From IMG/VR virus record IMGVR_UViG_3300020438_000007, positions 62,001 to 126,000 of that record: 64,000 nt of DNA; one strand, given 5' to 3'. This document shows positions 19,350 to 29,543 of this stretch, in pieces (positions within the stretch are counted from its first letter, which is position 1; each line of letters opens with the position of its first letter). A program made the position numbers and the translations under genes. The notes under the pieces are model-generated. The model was not told the DNA's origin and searched no databases. It saw only the letters and a list, made by a program, of their open reading frames with translations.

Positions 19350-21074
19350 CTATGTAGAATACGTCACTTTTGAGAACCCATTCATCTTTTCAAATGTAAT
19401 CATATTATCTAATCTATCTGTTAACTCATCTACCTTATGAGAGATCATAAAGATGTAAGCATCCTTGATGACATATCTGATAATCTTCACAAATTCATCT
19501 GTACCATTACTATCCAGAGAACTGTCAAATATTTCGTCAAGGATGAGGATGTTTGTGGATGATGAGTTCTTCATCTTTGCAATATCACGCCATGTGAATA
19601 GTATAGCAAGGTCAATTCGCATCTTCTCTCCCTCAGAGAAAGATTCATAACTGAATTTCTCATGAATAGGCGACTTGATACACTCATTGAACTGTTCATC
19701 CAATGTAAAATTGATATAGAAGTCCATCATTTGAAGATACTTATTGATCTTCTGATTCATGATAGGCAAATACCTCTTCATAATCTTTGCCTTGACACCA
19801 GAGTCTTTCATCATGGCGTTTGCGAAGTCTAAGTATTCAATATCTTGGGTGTGATCTGCTTTATTTGTTTCTACTAGTGTTAAATCATTCTTGAGGTTTC
19901 TAAGCGTGGCTCTTTCAGTATTTCTATTTGCAATTTGTTCGGTAATGTCTTGAACTTCTTGTTCATAATTGCGGACTTGTCGTTGATATTCAGAAATTTT
20001 AAAATTGTTTGTTGAAATGTCATGCGTTAGTGTTGAGATCTGCTTAGAAACATCTATAAACCTGGCTTCTTTTTTTTGTTCTGAGTTTATAGACTTTTGA
20101 AGTTCTTTGTAAGCGGAGTTAATCTCCTTTACCTTCCCTTCGATATCCCCAATCTTATTTAAGCGAAAGTCTTCCTCTATTTTTTGTTCACAGGTAGGGC
20201 ATGATACGTTTTCCTTGAAGAACTGGTGTTCTTTGGTGATAATCTTAATCTTCTGTTCCAGTTTGCCCTTGACATTGTTGAATTTCTTAAGAGAAGATGA
20301 AGCAGATGTAAGAGTTTCTAATTCTGGTTCATATTTTTCTCTAATGTCCGCAGATGTCTGGTCATTTTCATACATTAAGGATGAGGTATCCTTCAAAAGT
20401 GTATCAATTTTACCTCGAATGTCTGTTATTTTCTTCTTGCCTGTCTTGTCTAGATCAGAAATGAAACTTTTTTGCATTTCAATCTTCTCTTCAACCAATT
20501 CTTTCTTGATTGTGAGTTCTCGGATCTCCGTATTCGCTTTACTCATCTTCTCACGAAGAATTTTTGCCATTCCAGAGAAAATTTTAATGTCCAGAACGTC
20601 TTCTACAATCTCTCTACGGTGAGTTTGACTCAACTGCATAAAGGGAACAAAGGTTGCAGCACCTAAAATAGTAGTTTGAGTAAAGGATTTATAGTTTAGT
20701 CGTAAAATATTATCTTCTAGGTGTTGTTGTTGATCATTTGAATTAGCAAATTGATCTTGCTTCTTACCATCAATGTAAATTTCAAACAAAGTTGGTTTCA
20801 TACCTCTAACAATGGTATAAATCTTACCTTGAATCTCAAACTCAATATTAACTTCGCACTCTTTATCATTCACAGTGTTGACTAACTGTGCTTTTTTAAT
20901 CTTTCTGAATGGTTTGTTGTATAAAACAAATGTCAGAGCGTCCAATATCGTGGACTTCCCTGCACCATTAGCACCGACTATCAAATTTGTAGGAGACTTT
21001 TGGAAACTAACAATTATAAACTGGTTACCAGTAGATAAAAAGTTACGCCACCGTATCGTCTTGAATGTTATCAT
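19350..21074 (-). CDS. gp46: Recombination endonuclease ATPase subunit gp46 (Rad50/SbcC-like)
   Basis: GANGAGKST, CPTC zinc hook, FSEGE signature, ILDEIFDSSLD. Confidence 0.96.
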   Translation of the reverse strand: MITFKTIRWRNFLSTGNQFIIVSFQKSPTNLIVGANGAGKSTILDALTFVLYNKPFRKIKKAQLVNTVNDKECEVNIEFEIQGKIYTIVRGMKPTLFEIYIDGKKQDQFANSNDQQQHLEDNILRLNYKSFTQTTILGAATFVPFMQLSQTHRREIVEDVLDIKIFSGMAKILREKMSKANTEIRELTIKKELVEEKIEMQKSFISDLDKTGKKKITDIRGKIDTLLKDTSSLMYENDQTSADIREKYEPELETLTSASSSLKKFNNVKGKLEQKIKIITKEHQFFKENVSCPTCEQKIEEDFRLNKIGDIEGKVKEINSAYKELQKSINSEQKKEARFIDVSKQISTLTHDISTNNFKISEYQRQVRNYEQEVQDITEQIANRNTERATLRNLKNDLTLVETNKADHTQDIEYLDFANAMMKDSGVKAKIMKRYLPIMNQKINKYLQMMDFYINFTLDEQFNECIKSPIHEKFSYESFSEGEKMRIDLAILFTWRDIAKMKNSSSTNILILDEIFDSSLDSNGTDEFVKIIRYVIKDAYIFMISHKVDELTDRLDNMITFEKMNGFSKVTYST

Positions 21075-21330
21075 AATCTTTTGGCGGAATCACAATGTCA
21101 TCAGGTGTGATAATAACGTATTTGTATTTGTGTTTTTTGCAGGTTTCAACAGCTAGCATATCATCTATTTCTACAACTGTCAATACCGTGGATTCATTTG
21201 CTTCTAGAAGCCCTGCGTATCTAGTAGCATCATCTTCTTGCTGGAAAAGATAAAGAGCCTTCTGACCGTCATCATTTGTGACAGCATAAGCTCCTTCTCC
21301 TTCGTGATCAACAAGTGATAAGATGTACAT
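21043..21330 (-). CDS. DUF3110-like conserved protein
   Basis: EGAYAV, LYLFQQEDDATRYAGLLEA; position between gp47 and gp46. Confidence 0.6.
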   Translation of the reverse strand: MYILSLVDHEGEGAYAVTNDDGQKALYLFQQEDDATRYAGLLEANESTVLTVVEIDDMLAVETCKKHKYKYVIITPDDIVIPPKDYDNIQDDTVA

Positions 21331-22373
21331 TAATCCGCTTCGCAAGCCTCTAAGTAGACTTCCTTGAGAAGTTTTTTGACTCTCTCCTTTTCTAATTCAA
21401 AGTCAGAGTCCTCGATGTATTTATTTAAAAGCGTGAGAGTATCCTCAACTTTCTCACCATCAAGATCTACTTCCTTGTCATTGATCTCGGTATTTTCCAC
21501 TACCTTCAGATCTATTATACCAGCTTTCAGAATTTTTTCAAGGAACTTGTCATATTCTAACTGACTCTTTCTAGATCTGACAAATAATTTTACAATCTTA
21601 TCTTTATATAAGTGTGCCTTGAATGTTGCAGCAGGGGTAGAATCGAAGTATATCTTCTCGTATATTGTATATGGGTTTTCTACAAACTCAATCTCTCCTG
21701 TTTCTGTGTCTAATATATTAAATCCTCTCTTATCTCCACAGTCATTCCAATATATTTGATAAGGATTGCCTAGGTAAAATACCTGACCATCATTACTTCT
21801 GGTGTGATAATGTCCTGAGAATACTGTAGGAAACTTAGCAATGATACCCTTATCAATACCACCTTGCTGTTTCATGCCTGGATATAATTCAAATCCATTT
21901 AGTTCCAAATGACTAAATGCCATCTTTGCATCTGATCTTTCTATCGCTGCAAGAGTCTCTTGATAGTTATCATCACATATCCAAGGCAACATCATTGCTT
22001 TGAATCCATCTATATCATATGTGTCTGGTGATGAGATGGGAGTGATATTGTCGTAATGTTCTAGGAGTGCATCAATTGAGTTGATCTTGTTTGTATTCTT
22101 ATAGTAAACGTCATGATTACCTACAAGTTGCCAAACTTTCACGCCCAGATTTTTAAACTTATCATATACATGTTGTTTTGCCCAGTCTAAAGACCAGTAA
22201 TCTATATTCTTTCTATTGTCAAAGGCATCTCCCATATGGATGCAATACTTGATACCTCTCTTCTCTAGTTCTGGAAAGAATATATCGTCATAAAATTTTT
22301 GAAAGAAGTCATGAAAGACCTTATTACCTCGTCTACCGCCGAAGTGTGTGTCTGTTATGATTGCAATCTTCAC
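21330..22373 (-). CDS. gp47: Recombination endonuclease nuclease subunit gp47 (Mre11/SbcD-like)
   Basis: TDTHFG, GDAFD, VGNHD, FSGHYH metallophosphoesterase motifs. Confidence 0.96.
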   Translation of the reverse strand: MKIAIITDTHFGGRRGNKVFHDFFQKFYDDIFFPELEKRGIKYCIHMGDAFDNRKNIDYWSLDWAKQHVYDKFKNLGVKVWQLVGNHDVYYKNTNKINSIDALLEHYDNITPISSPDTYDIDGFKAMMLPWICDDNYQETLAAIERSDAKMAFSHLELNGFELYPGMKQQGGIDKGIIAKFPTVFSGHYHTRSNDGQVFYLGNPYQIYWNDCGDKRGFNILDTETGEIEFVENPYTIYEKIYFDSTPAATFKAHLYKDKIVKLFVRSRKSQLEYDKFLEKILKAGIIDLKVVENTEINDKEVDLDGEKVEDTLTLLNKYIEDSDFELEKERVKKLLKEVYLEACEAD

Positions 22374-22594
22374 TTCTTGAACTCTCCTTTCTCATAATCA
22401 AATCTAGGGTGAGGTTCAGAAGGAACCCAAGGTTTTTTAGATTCATTACCGATGACTATAAATCTATCAGCAGCAAATGTCCCTGCCAAACTGATCGTAA
22501 TCTCTTCACCTTCAACCCAATTCATAGATCCATCTTTCTTAGTGTGATTCATCAACTCTTGGATCTTGTCAATCATTTCTTGTGTTAACTTCAT
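22370..22594 (-). CDS. Conserved hypothetical protein
   Basis: 74-aa ORF coupled between gp55 and gp47. Confidence 0.6.
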   Translation of the reverse strand: MKLTQEMIDKIQELMNHTKKDGSMNWVEGEEITISLAGTFAADRFIVIGNESKKPWVPSEPHPRFDYEKGEFKK

Positions 22595-23076
22595 TGATTC
22601 ATCTTTGTTTGAACTGCTTCTTTTATAGAGTTATAGTCACTAGCATTACCGCCGAAAGGATCGTCAACGTGCATAACCTCATCGTACCCCGACTTCTCAA
22701 TGATCTTTTCACGGATCTCCATTTGCTTTTTCTCTTTCTGTATACGTCTTAGGAAAGCGTAATGTATGATCTGAGTGAAGTAAGCAAAGGGATTCGTAGA
22801 TTTTTCTGGATTGAAGTTATGTATGTACTGGACACAGTTCTCGATGCCATCAGATATCATGTCCTCACGGAACATGTAGTTTACAAAGTTTGGCTTATAT
22901 GATAAGTGCGTAGCAATTTTTACAAAACACTCTCCAAGGTAATTAGTGATGCGTGGTTTTGTATCACCCGCTACCTCCGCCGCTTTTACATCTGCTTTAT
23001 ATTGAACGATCGCATACAGGAACTCTTTGTTGTTAACGTAGTGTTCAGACCGTTTTCGAGTACCTTTTGCGGGCAT
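22591..23076 (-). CDS. gp55: Late-transcription sigma factor gp55
   Basis: HYVNNKEF, NFVNYMFREDMISDGIENC, NPFAYFTQIIHYAFLRRIQKEKKQ. Confidence 0.95.
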   Translation of the reverse strand: MPAKGTRKRSEHYVNNKEFLYAIVQYKADVKAAEVAGDTKPRITNYLGECFVKIATHLSYKPNFVNYMFREDMISDGIENCVQYIHNFNPEKSTNPFAYFTQIIHYAFLRRIQKEKKQMEIREKIIEKSGYDEVMHVDDPFGGNASDYNSIKEAVQTKMNQ

Positions 23077-23101
23077 CTATATTACCTCTTGTGTTACTTT
23101 T

Positions 23102-23130
23102 ATTATACCTCAAAACGAGATACTTGACAA
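23102..23130 (-). promoter_or_regulatory. sigma70-type promoter for gp55
   Basis: TTGTCA-17-TATAAT on the minus strand. Confidence 0.7.
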
Positions 23131-23152
23131 GTCATGTAAATGTGTGTACAAT
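23124..23152 (+). promoter_or_regulatory. Divergent (antisense) sigma70-type promoter
   Basis: TTGACA-17-TACAAT on the plus strand, sharing its -35 with the gp55 promoter. Confidence 0.6.
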
Positions 23153-23177
23153 AACTCTGTAAGGGTTCAAGGGAATG

Positions 23178-23594
23178 CTATGAAGCTTCAGATGTTTCAT
23201 CTTTCTTATATAGCTTCTCAAGACTTTCTCTGGCCTTCTCAACTGAAATTACATATCCCATCTTTTTTGTTACCTTTATCTTCTCGCCAGATCCCCCATT
23301 GAGATTAGAGAAAATAAATTTCTGATAATACTTTACTACATCTGAGTCTTCGCGTGCCTCAACAACAGTAATTACTCTGTCCATAGGAATAATAATAATA
23401 TTGTCAACAGGCATACTTCTCAACCATGGCATCATGCGGAGACCTTCATGTCTCCCATCCATGCTTATTGTTTCAATTTCTACAGGATCACTTATAATTA
23501 AAACCGTGCGACCATTTTCTTCAGACGGCATGACTTCACCAAAGATTTCCTCTCCCGATACTAATTTGATTGAGGCGTAGAAATCTTCTTCCAT
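23178..23594 (-). CDS. Conserved hypothetical protein (possible Sm-like fold)
   Basis: IKLVSGEEIFGEV...MMPWL..IIPMDRVITV; between uvsW and gp55. Confidence 0.65.
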   Translation of the reverse strand: MEEDFYASIKLVSGEEIFGEVMPSEENGRTVLIISDPVEIETISMDGRHEGLRMMPWLRSMPVDNIIIIPMDRVITVVEAREDSDVVKYYQKFIFSNLNGGSGEKIKVTKKMGYVISVEKARESLEKLYKKDETSEAS

Positions 23595-23792
23595 TTAATC
23601 TTTTCCTGTAGTAGTTTTGTTTATAATACTGTTGATAAGTAGTCTATATTCATATTTAGTCACTCACAAAAGGTGTGATTTGTATTAGCATTGATATTAA
23701 GAAACGCTCTGCCAGTTAAACAAATAACAGTTCTAAGTAATCTTCATTAAATCTTTCGATTAGTTCTATCAGGGATTCCTCAAATAAGACTT

Positions 23793-25247
23793 TTATTTTA
23801 AGTAAACAGTTCTAATTTCATAATCAAAGTTTTCCTCATTGTATATTTTAACACGTTCCATCAAATGATTCAATGTGTAGTTCTTTTTATTATTGACTGT
23901 GATGTCATCTGCGATATCATATAACATTGCTTTGTTTTTGTTCTTTCCTTTTCTAAGTACCCTACCAATACTTTGTAGATTTCTAATTCTAGATTTGCTA
24001 GGTGATGCAAAAATGACATTATGTAAGTTTTTAATGTTAATTCCTGTAGAAAAAGTTCCATAAGACGCAACAATGATAGCGTCTGCTTCTCTATCAACGA
24101 TAGATCTAACCTCTTCCCTCTCTTCACTATCCACACCTCCATGAACATAAAAGACTTTTCTATCGTTATCGTTGTTGATTAAATTATATAGTGGTTCACC
24201 ATGAGCTTCTACTCTACTGAATAGGACTAGGGTGTTACCCTTCAAACTTAAAGTAAGATTTCTAATGAACAAGTTTCTCTTCTCATGTTCTATGATATAA
24301 TTCATCTCTTCCCTATAATCATCAAAGGGAATTGCTGGATGCTTTAACAATATAATTCTAATATCCAACTTGGCGAGTTGACCTTTCTTTTGCAGATCTG
24401 ATGTCTGAGTTACTTTGTAAGAAGGACCAAACAATCCTTCTAGTACCCATTTGTGTGTCTGTGACCCACTCAGAGTTCCAGTAAATCCATACCTATACTT
24501 AGTATCTCTCATCTTAGACATGATACCAATCAGAGATTTGGACTTGAATTGATGCGCTTCGTCTCCTATAATCACATCAAACTGAGCAAAGAATGTCTTA
24601 TCCATAGTATAGATAGACTGCCATGTTGATATGGTCACACGTTGTTGTGTAGTCTTTTTCCTACCTGCATAGACCTTATGACAATATTTCTCGACATCCC
24701 ATCCGTAATCTATAAAGTCCTTATACATCTGTTCTACGAGAGAGGTAGTGGGGACGACTAATAATATTCTTCTCTTTCTCCCTACATGATATCTCGCAAC
24801 GGCATATATCATCAGGGACTTGCCTGACCCAGTTGGAGATATAATTAATCTTCTATTGTATTTGAGTGCATCGTATACACCATCTACTTGATAATCTCTA
24901 GGTTTGAAACTAGAAATTGCAGTCATATAATCTTTCACGCCTTCTAATGATATCTCCTCATTCTCTTCAAAAGGAGTACCATAGGTTTCATTATTTTTGA
25001 ACTCTACACTGTAATTTGCTTTTCTTGCCCAAGCAATAACTTTATCCAATAATCCCACATACAACTCACCTGTTGCAGTAGAGAACAGTCTGATCTTACC
25101 ATCCCAATGTCTGTTCCTATACTGAGGCATATACTTGGCGCCTGGAACATCAAAGGTAAAATAGTCTGACAGTTCTTGTTGTACATGGGGTGGTGCATCT
25201 ACTGTGAGATGTACCTCATTCTTCTTAACAATAATAAGATCACTCAT
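23793..25247 (-). CDS. uvsW: SF2 helicase UvsW
   Basis: PRDYQ, PTGSGKS, DEAH, TGT, QSIGRVLR. Confidence 0.96.
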   Translation of the reverse strand: MSDLIIVKKNEVHLTVDAPPHVQQELSDYFTFDVPGAKYMPQYRNRHWDGKIRLFSTATGELYVGLLDKVIAWARKANYSVEFKNNETYGTPFEENEEISLEGVKDYMTAISSFKPRDYQVDGVYDALKYNRRLIISPTGSGKSLMIYAVARYHVGRKRRILLVVPTTSLVEQMYKDFIDYGWDVEKYCHKVYAGRKKTTQQRVTISTWQSIYTMDKTFFAQFDVIIGDEAHQFKSKSLIGIMSKMRDTKYRYGFTGTLSGSQTHKWVLEGLFGPSYKVTQTSDLQKKGQLAKLDIRIILLKHPAIPFDDYREEMNYIIEHEKRNLFIRNLTLSLKGNTLVLFSRVEAHGEPLYNLINNDNDRKVFYVHGGVDSEEREEVRSIVDREADAIIVASYGTFSTGINIKNLHNVIFASPSKSRIRNLQSIGRVLRKGKNKNKAMLYDIADDITVNNKKNYTLNHLMERVKIYNEENFDYEIRTVYLK

Positions 25248-25672
25248 AATCCATTCGTAAATCGCTGCCACTCAATGGCATTTTTAATTTGATACGTTCG
25301 ATTCTGTATAACCTTGAGAATACTTTCTAGATAATCTAACATGATCTGATAGTATTCTATCTTTGCAGTACACCTGATAAGTTCTGGATCTGCGTCAAAA
25401 TATTTGTCTAAGTCTGCTTTTAAAACTTTATAGTCAAAAGGTTTTTCTACATATACTTCTGGCGATGACTTACCTGTATAGTATTGCCACTTCTCCTTCT
25501 TTAAAATTTTGTACTGAGTTTCCTGAGCCTTCTGTAGTGTCAGGATGTTGGTGTAAATTTTGTAGTACTTTGCGTGTAAGGCGGGGATTTTTGTTGACTC
25601 ATTGTGTAATAATTCATTATCAATTATGGAATCTTTATCCCATAAATTTTGTATAAATTCAAGATTCATCAC
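25244..25672 (-). CDS. uvsY: Recombination mediator UvsY
   Basis: LHAKYY, KWQYYTGK, LKADLDKYFDAD, RTYQIKNAIEW. Confidence 0.92.
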   Translation of the reverse strand: MMNLEFIQNLWDKDSIIDNELLHNESTKIPALHAKYYKIYTNILTLQKAQETQYKILKKEKWQYYTGKSSPEVYVEKPFDYKVLKADLDKYFDADPELIRCTAKIEYYQIMLDYLESILKVIQNRTYQIKNAIEWQRFTNGL

Positions 25673-26225
25673 CTAATAGACTCTCCACATTAAAAATAGT
25701 ATATTTGAAAGTAGCAGTCGCTACAATATAATTTATATCAGTTGCATCAGCTGTAAATTGAACTGGTGTCAAAGAAGTTGGGAACATATCTTTGAAATCA
25801 ACCTTAGCGATAGGAAGGAAACTACTGTTGTAAACTAGTATTGTTCCGTCTGATCTGGCAGCTTGCAACAGATTTGTCTCTTGAGGATCCAAACTGATTG
25901 CCTCTGATAAAGACTCAGGAAATCCAAGAGCTCTCATCCACTGTTCGATCTGTAGATAGTTCTCTAAGTTTTCATCTATAAAGAATTCTACATCCAGATC
26001 ACCATACTGCAACTTATCGCCAGGAACAGGAATGTCTCTGAGATATGTGCTTTGGATTGCAGCACCTAACGTTATGTTTGGTAAGGATACTGACTTGGAA
26101 AAGAAATCAACCTTTGGAGCTTTCTGTAAGGAGAATTTGAATCCAGCTGGAGACAGAAAATTCCTATTTTTGATTTGTCTATCAAAGAGGTCAGATCCTG
26201 CAACCTCCGTGTAATCTCTGCTCAT
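25659..26225 (-). CDS. gp3: Tail tube terminator / tail completion protein gp3
   Basis: NFLSPAGFKF, PVPGDKLQYGDL, FIDENLENYL, MFPTSL. Confidence 0.85.
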   Translation of the reverse strand: MSRDYTEVAGSDLFDRQIKNRNFLSPAGFKFSLQKAPKVDFFSKSVSLPNITLGAAIQSTYLRDIPVPGDKLQYGDLDVEFFIDENLENYLQIEQWMRALGFPESLSEAISLDPQETNLLQAARSDGTILVYNSSFLPIAKVDFKDMFPTSLTPVQFTADATDINYIVATATFKYTIFNVESLLGDES

Positions 26226-26240
26226 GGGTTTTATCTTTAT

Positions 26241-26864
26241 TTATTCAGCAAAGTCGGGGTCTTCACAGACATCTGAAAGTTCAGAAGCCATATTACCACC
26301 TATTTCCGCTCCTTGGTTCCCGCCAAACATAGCGACCCAACCAGCAGCAAGCCACCCAACAAAGGGAATCCCCATAACGGCAGGAGCAACAGCAGCACCC
26401 ACACTAGTCCCAACAACCCTGCCTGTCTGTTTGCCTCCACCGACCGCCTCGATACACTCGACTTGTTGGGCAGTGAGCTTTCCCGACTGATTTCCTCCGT
26501 TGGTATCATCTTGCCAAGACCTTGCGTTGGATGTAGGTCCTCCTTGGTGATGAGCGCCGTCCATAGCGTACTCTTCCACGACTGTGATTTTATTATTACC
26601 CAGTCCCAGAAAGCCAGCCTTTACATTCTTATCCCTTTCCACACGCATAACTGTAGGGTCATTACCCTTATAGTCAATGCGATATCCATCTTTTCCTACT
26701 TCAGCTCTATAAGAGGTGTAGTCACCTACAGGCAAATTTATATTTGGTAGTTTAGATCCTCTTTGACTTAACATACCTATCATACCGATATGTGATACTG
26801 CCAAGAGACTACCAACCGTGCCTATAGAGATCCACTTCCACTTACTTCCGTTTGGTTGTGTCAT
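26241..26864 (-). CDS. Glycine-zipper membrane protein
   Basis: N-terminal TM; C-terminal GTSVGAAVAPAVMGIPFVGWLAAGWVAMFGGNQGAEIGG. Confidence 0.65.
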   Translation of the reverse strand: MTQPNGSKWKWISIGTVGSLLAVSHIGMIGMLSQRGSKLPNINLPVGDYTSYRAEVGKDGYRIDYKGNDPTVMRVERDKNVKAGFLGLGNNKITVVEEYAMDGAHHQGGPTSNARSWQDDTNGGNQSGKLTAQQVECIEAVGGGKQTGRVVGTSVGAAVAPAVMGIPFVGWLAAGWVAMFGGNQGAEIGGNMASELSDVCEDPDFAE

Positions 26865-26899
26865 GATTTCACACAATATAGTGCTTACTATATAGGCAC

Positions 26900-26925
26900 A
26901 AAAAAAGAGACCCTTTCGGGTCTCT
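26900..26925 (-). terminator. Rho-independent terminator after gp23
   Basis: AGAGACCC-GAAA-GGGTCTCT + T-tract. Confidence 0.85.
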
Positions 26926-26948
26926 CTGTAAGATATGTAATATCTAAA

Positions 26949-28355
26949 TCACATAAGGTTAGCAACCTTAACACGTCTGTAGTAACGGTTAGCGTTGGAA
27001 AGAAGTCTTCCAAGACCTTGGTTAGATACGTTACCTTCGGCAAATGGGTTTGCAACGATTCCGTAACGAGTCTTAAACCCGATTTTTGGTTGGAAGGTGT
27101 CCTGACCCACGGCACGAACCATCTGAAGAGGAACGTAAGGGCAGTAGAACAGTCCAGCGTCATAAGGGTTAGTACCCTTGTAACCGACAACGTAGTACTG
27201 ATTAGCGTCGTTGTTTGCAGCGAAAGGATCGATGTAAACTTTGTACTTACCAGCAAGTGTACCAGCAAATGTATTGCCAGTGTCGTCAACGTTTAAGTTA
27301 GCGTTAAGTGCAGGGGTGTAATCAAGGATTCCCGCCATTGTAAGGGCAGAAGCAACGTCAGCAGAACAAAGGACAACGTTACCCTTCCCTCTACGAGTTC
27401 TTTGTGCGATTTGGTTCGCATCTCTTTCGATCTGGAATAGAAGTCCTTTGAACTTCTCAACTGACCAACGACCGTTGGAGTCAGTGTCAAGGTCGAATGT
27501 ACCAGCAGTTGCAGTGTTGATTGTTGCACCTTGCTCAGCAACCTTATAGATTGTACGGATGACTTCGCGGTTGATCTCTGCAAGAATCTCTGTGGAGAGA
27601 ATGTTTGCGAGTTCAGACTCAGCGTTTAATCCGTGAATTGCCTTAAGGTCTTGAGCCAATTCTAAACTGTACTCAGCTTTGAGTGCTCTGGACTTCGCAG
27701 TCACAGTAACTTTCTCAATACTGAACGCCATCTCTTGGAAAGCATTTCCAGCAGCGTCTCCTAGTGCCTCAGAATCACCTGTCTGCATACCTTGACCAAC
27801 AGAGTAGTCAGTGGTAGTTGCAGAACCAACGGGGTTAAGAACGCCTGGGTTCGTGCCGTTAGGTCCAGATGTAGTACCGAAACCAGCGGCAACATCGGTC
27901 ATGCCACCTGTAAGGTTCTGGGAGGAGTTCTGTCCAGAGAAGCTTGTATCTGGTTCGTCGAATAGAGCCTCAGTTCCACTCTGATTAGTGAATCTGGATC
28001 TCATTGCGAAGATAAGTCCTGTAGGACCAGACATTGGTTGAACACCAGCAAGGTCATATGCGACCAAGTTAGGCATTGCACGTCTGATAAGACTAATCAA
28101 CACAGGGTCGAAACCAGCAACAGGACCACCTGCAGCTGAACCGCCACTAAATCCACCAGTTCCAGCGGAGTTAGTAGGAGATGCTTCTGTCAAAGACTGG
28201 AAAGCATTCTCTTCTCTGAGCATTTGCTCTTGGTTTTCGAGAAGAACCGCAGTAACGTTCCTTCTGTGTGAATCTTTAATTGGATCTGACCCTTCGTGAT
28301 CTAGAAGGGGGGCCCACTTTTCAGTGAGTTGTTGATAATTGATGTTTTGTTGCAT
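26949..28355 (-). CDS. gp23: Major capsid protein gp23
   Basis: FDPVLISLIRRAMP, GVQPMSGPTGLIFAMRSR, KSRALKAEYSLELAQDL, FQPKIGFKTRYG. Confidence 0.98.
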   Translation of the reverse strand: MQQNINYQQLTEKWAPLLDHEGSDPIKDSHRRNVTAVLLENQEQMLREENAFQSLTEASPTNSAGTGGFSGGSAAGGPVAGFDPVLISLIRRAMPNLVAYDLAGVQPMSGPTGLIFAMRSRFTNQSGTEALFDEPDTSFSGQNSSQNLTGGMTDVAAGFGTTSGPNGTNPGVLNPVGSATTTDYSVGQGMQTGDSEALGDAAGNAFQEMAFSIEKVTVTAKSRALKAEYSLELAQDLKAIHGLNAESELANILSTEILAEINREVIRTIYKVAEQGATINTATAGTFDLDTDSNGRWSVEKFKGLLFQIERDANQIAQRTRRGKGNVVLCSADVASALTMAGILDYTPALNANLNVDDTGNTFAGTLAGKYKVYIDPFAANNDANQYYVVGYKGTNPYDAGLFYCPYVPLQMVRAVGQDTFQPKIGFKTRYGIVANPFAEGNVSNQGLGRLLSNANRYYRRVKVANLM

Positions 28356-28394
28356 CGGTCTGTAAGAGTTGTTTACTTAAAAATTAACGAATTC

Positions 28395-29483
28395 CTATTT
28401 CATACGTCCTAGTGCATCAAGATATGCAGCCATAGATCCAGTTGATGGTTCTACATGTTCTGCTTCTTCTTTGAGTTCTTGAGGTGCAGACGTGGCAGTT
28501 GCTTGAGACTTATTACCTTTGAAGTATGACTCCTTAAGGGTCTCCAGTTTTCCACGATAGGATTCTTCACTTTCAAACTCAACACTTTCTGCGAGGGTTT
28601 GTAGTTTCTCTTTTTGAGATACTGCAAGACCTTCAGCAACATCATTTAGGATAGTGGAGGCAGTTGACTTACCAAGTCTTTGGTTGAGTGCAACATTCTT
28701 CTCTATCTGCTCGTTGAGCTTCGTCTCCATTTCATCAAGCTTGTCTACCATATTTTCTAGTACATCATATTTATCTTCAGGTAAGGTTACATAATGTGTT
28801 TCAAAAAGATTTTTCATGCCTTCCATGAAGGATTCAGTCATTTCGGATTTAATGCCTTTCTCGATAGCGATAGCATTTTCCTCCATCCATTCTTGGGCGA
28901 CATATTCGAGGTATGAGTCGGTTCTCTCAGTGAGTTCGACTTTGATTTCCTCAACCTGTTCGTTGAGTGCTTTCTCATACTCTTCGTTTAACTGATTCTC
29001 GATATCTGTGATCTTAGCATTGATAGATGCCTCGAAAATCACCTTAGCCTTTTCTCTGAATTCCTCAGAAAGGTCTTCTCCAGAAAGAAGTGCGTTAACA
29101 TCTTCCTCGATAGCACTGTTGAGATCGATCTTCTCTTTCTCTTCAGTTGCTTCCTCTTCCGCGACAACCTCTTGGGATTCGTCGGCTTCTGCCTCTTCGG
29201 CATACTTTGGTGCAGTAGGCATTGGGTCAGCTTTACCAGCGTTTTTAGTAATTACGTCTTTAACTTGCTTAATAGTAACGGTTGGCGTTTTAAGCATGTT
29301 GCTGTTGTCATCAGGCTTTGAGTTCTCAGGCGTAGGACCACCAAGATCTTCAACGGAACCTTGACCATCAGGAACGTAATTGGGAGTAGAGGGCATTGGA
29401 TCACCTTTGCCTGCTCCACTATTTACAGCGGTATTAGATTGCTGTGTCTTTACATCCATTTCTTGTAAATCTCCACGGGACAT
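28395..29483 (-). CDS. gp22: Prohead scaffolding protein gp22
   Basis: Acidic coiled coil, EEFREKAKVIFEA, DSYLEYVAQEW; between gp21 and gp23. Confidence 0.92.
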   Translation of the reverse strand: MSRGDLQEMDVKTQQSNTAVNSGAGKGDPMPSTPNYVPDGQGSVEDLGGPTPENSKPDDNSNMLKTPTVTIKQVKDVITKNAGKADPMPTAPKYAEEAEADESQEVVAEEEATEEKEKIDLNSAIEEDVNALLSGEDLSEEFREKAKVIFEASINAKITDIENQLNEEYEKALNEQVEEIKVELTERTDSYLEYVAQEWMEENAIAIEKGIKSEMTESFMEGMKNLFETHYVTLPEDKYDVLENMVDKLDEMETKLNEQIEKNVALNQRLGKSTASTILNDVAEGLAVSQKEKLQTLAESVEFESEESYRGKLETLKESYFKGNKSQATATSAPQELKEEAEHVEPSTGSMAAYLDALGRMK

Positions 29484-29543
29484 TTTGAACTCTCCGTCGT
29501 AAAACGTGTTTAGATATCGTATAATCTATGTTTATTTATTAAA

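Noticed and set aside
23595-23792. 200-bp AT-rich gap with a small TCACA-CCTTT-TGTGA hairpin
   Set aside because: Only ORFs of about 11 codons or fewer and one weak hairpin; not enough structure to call an ncRNA
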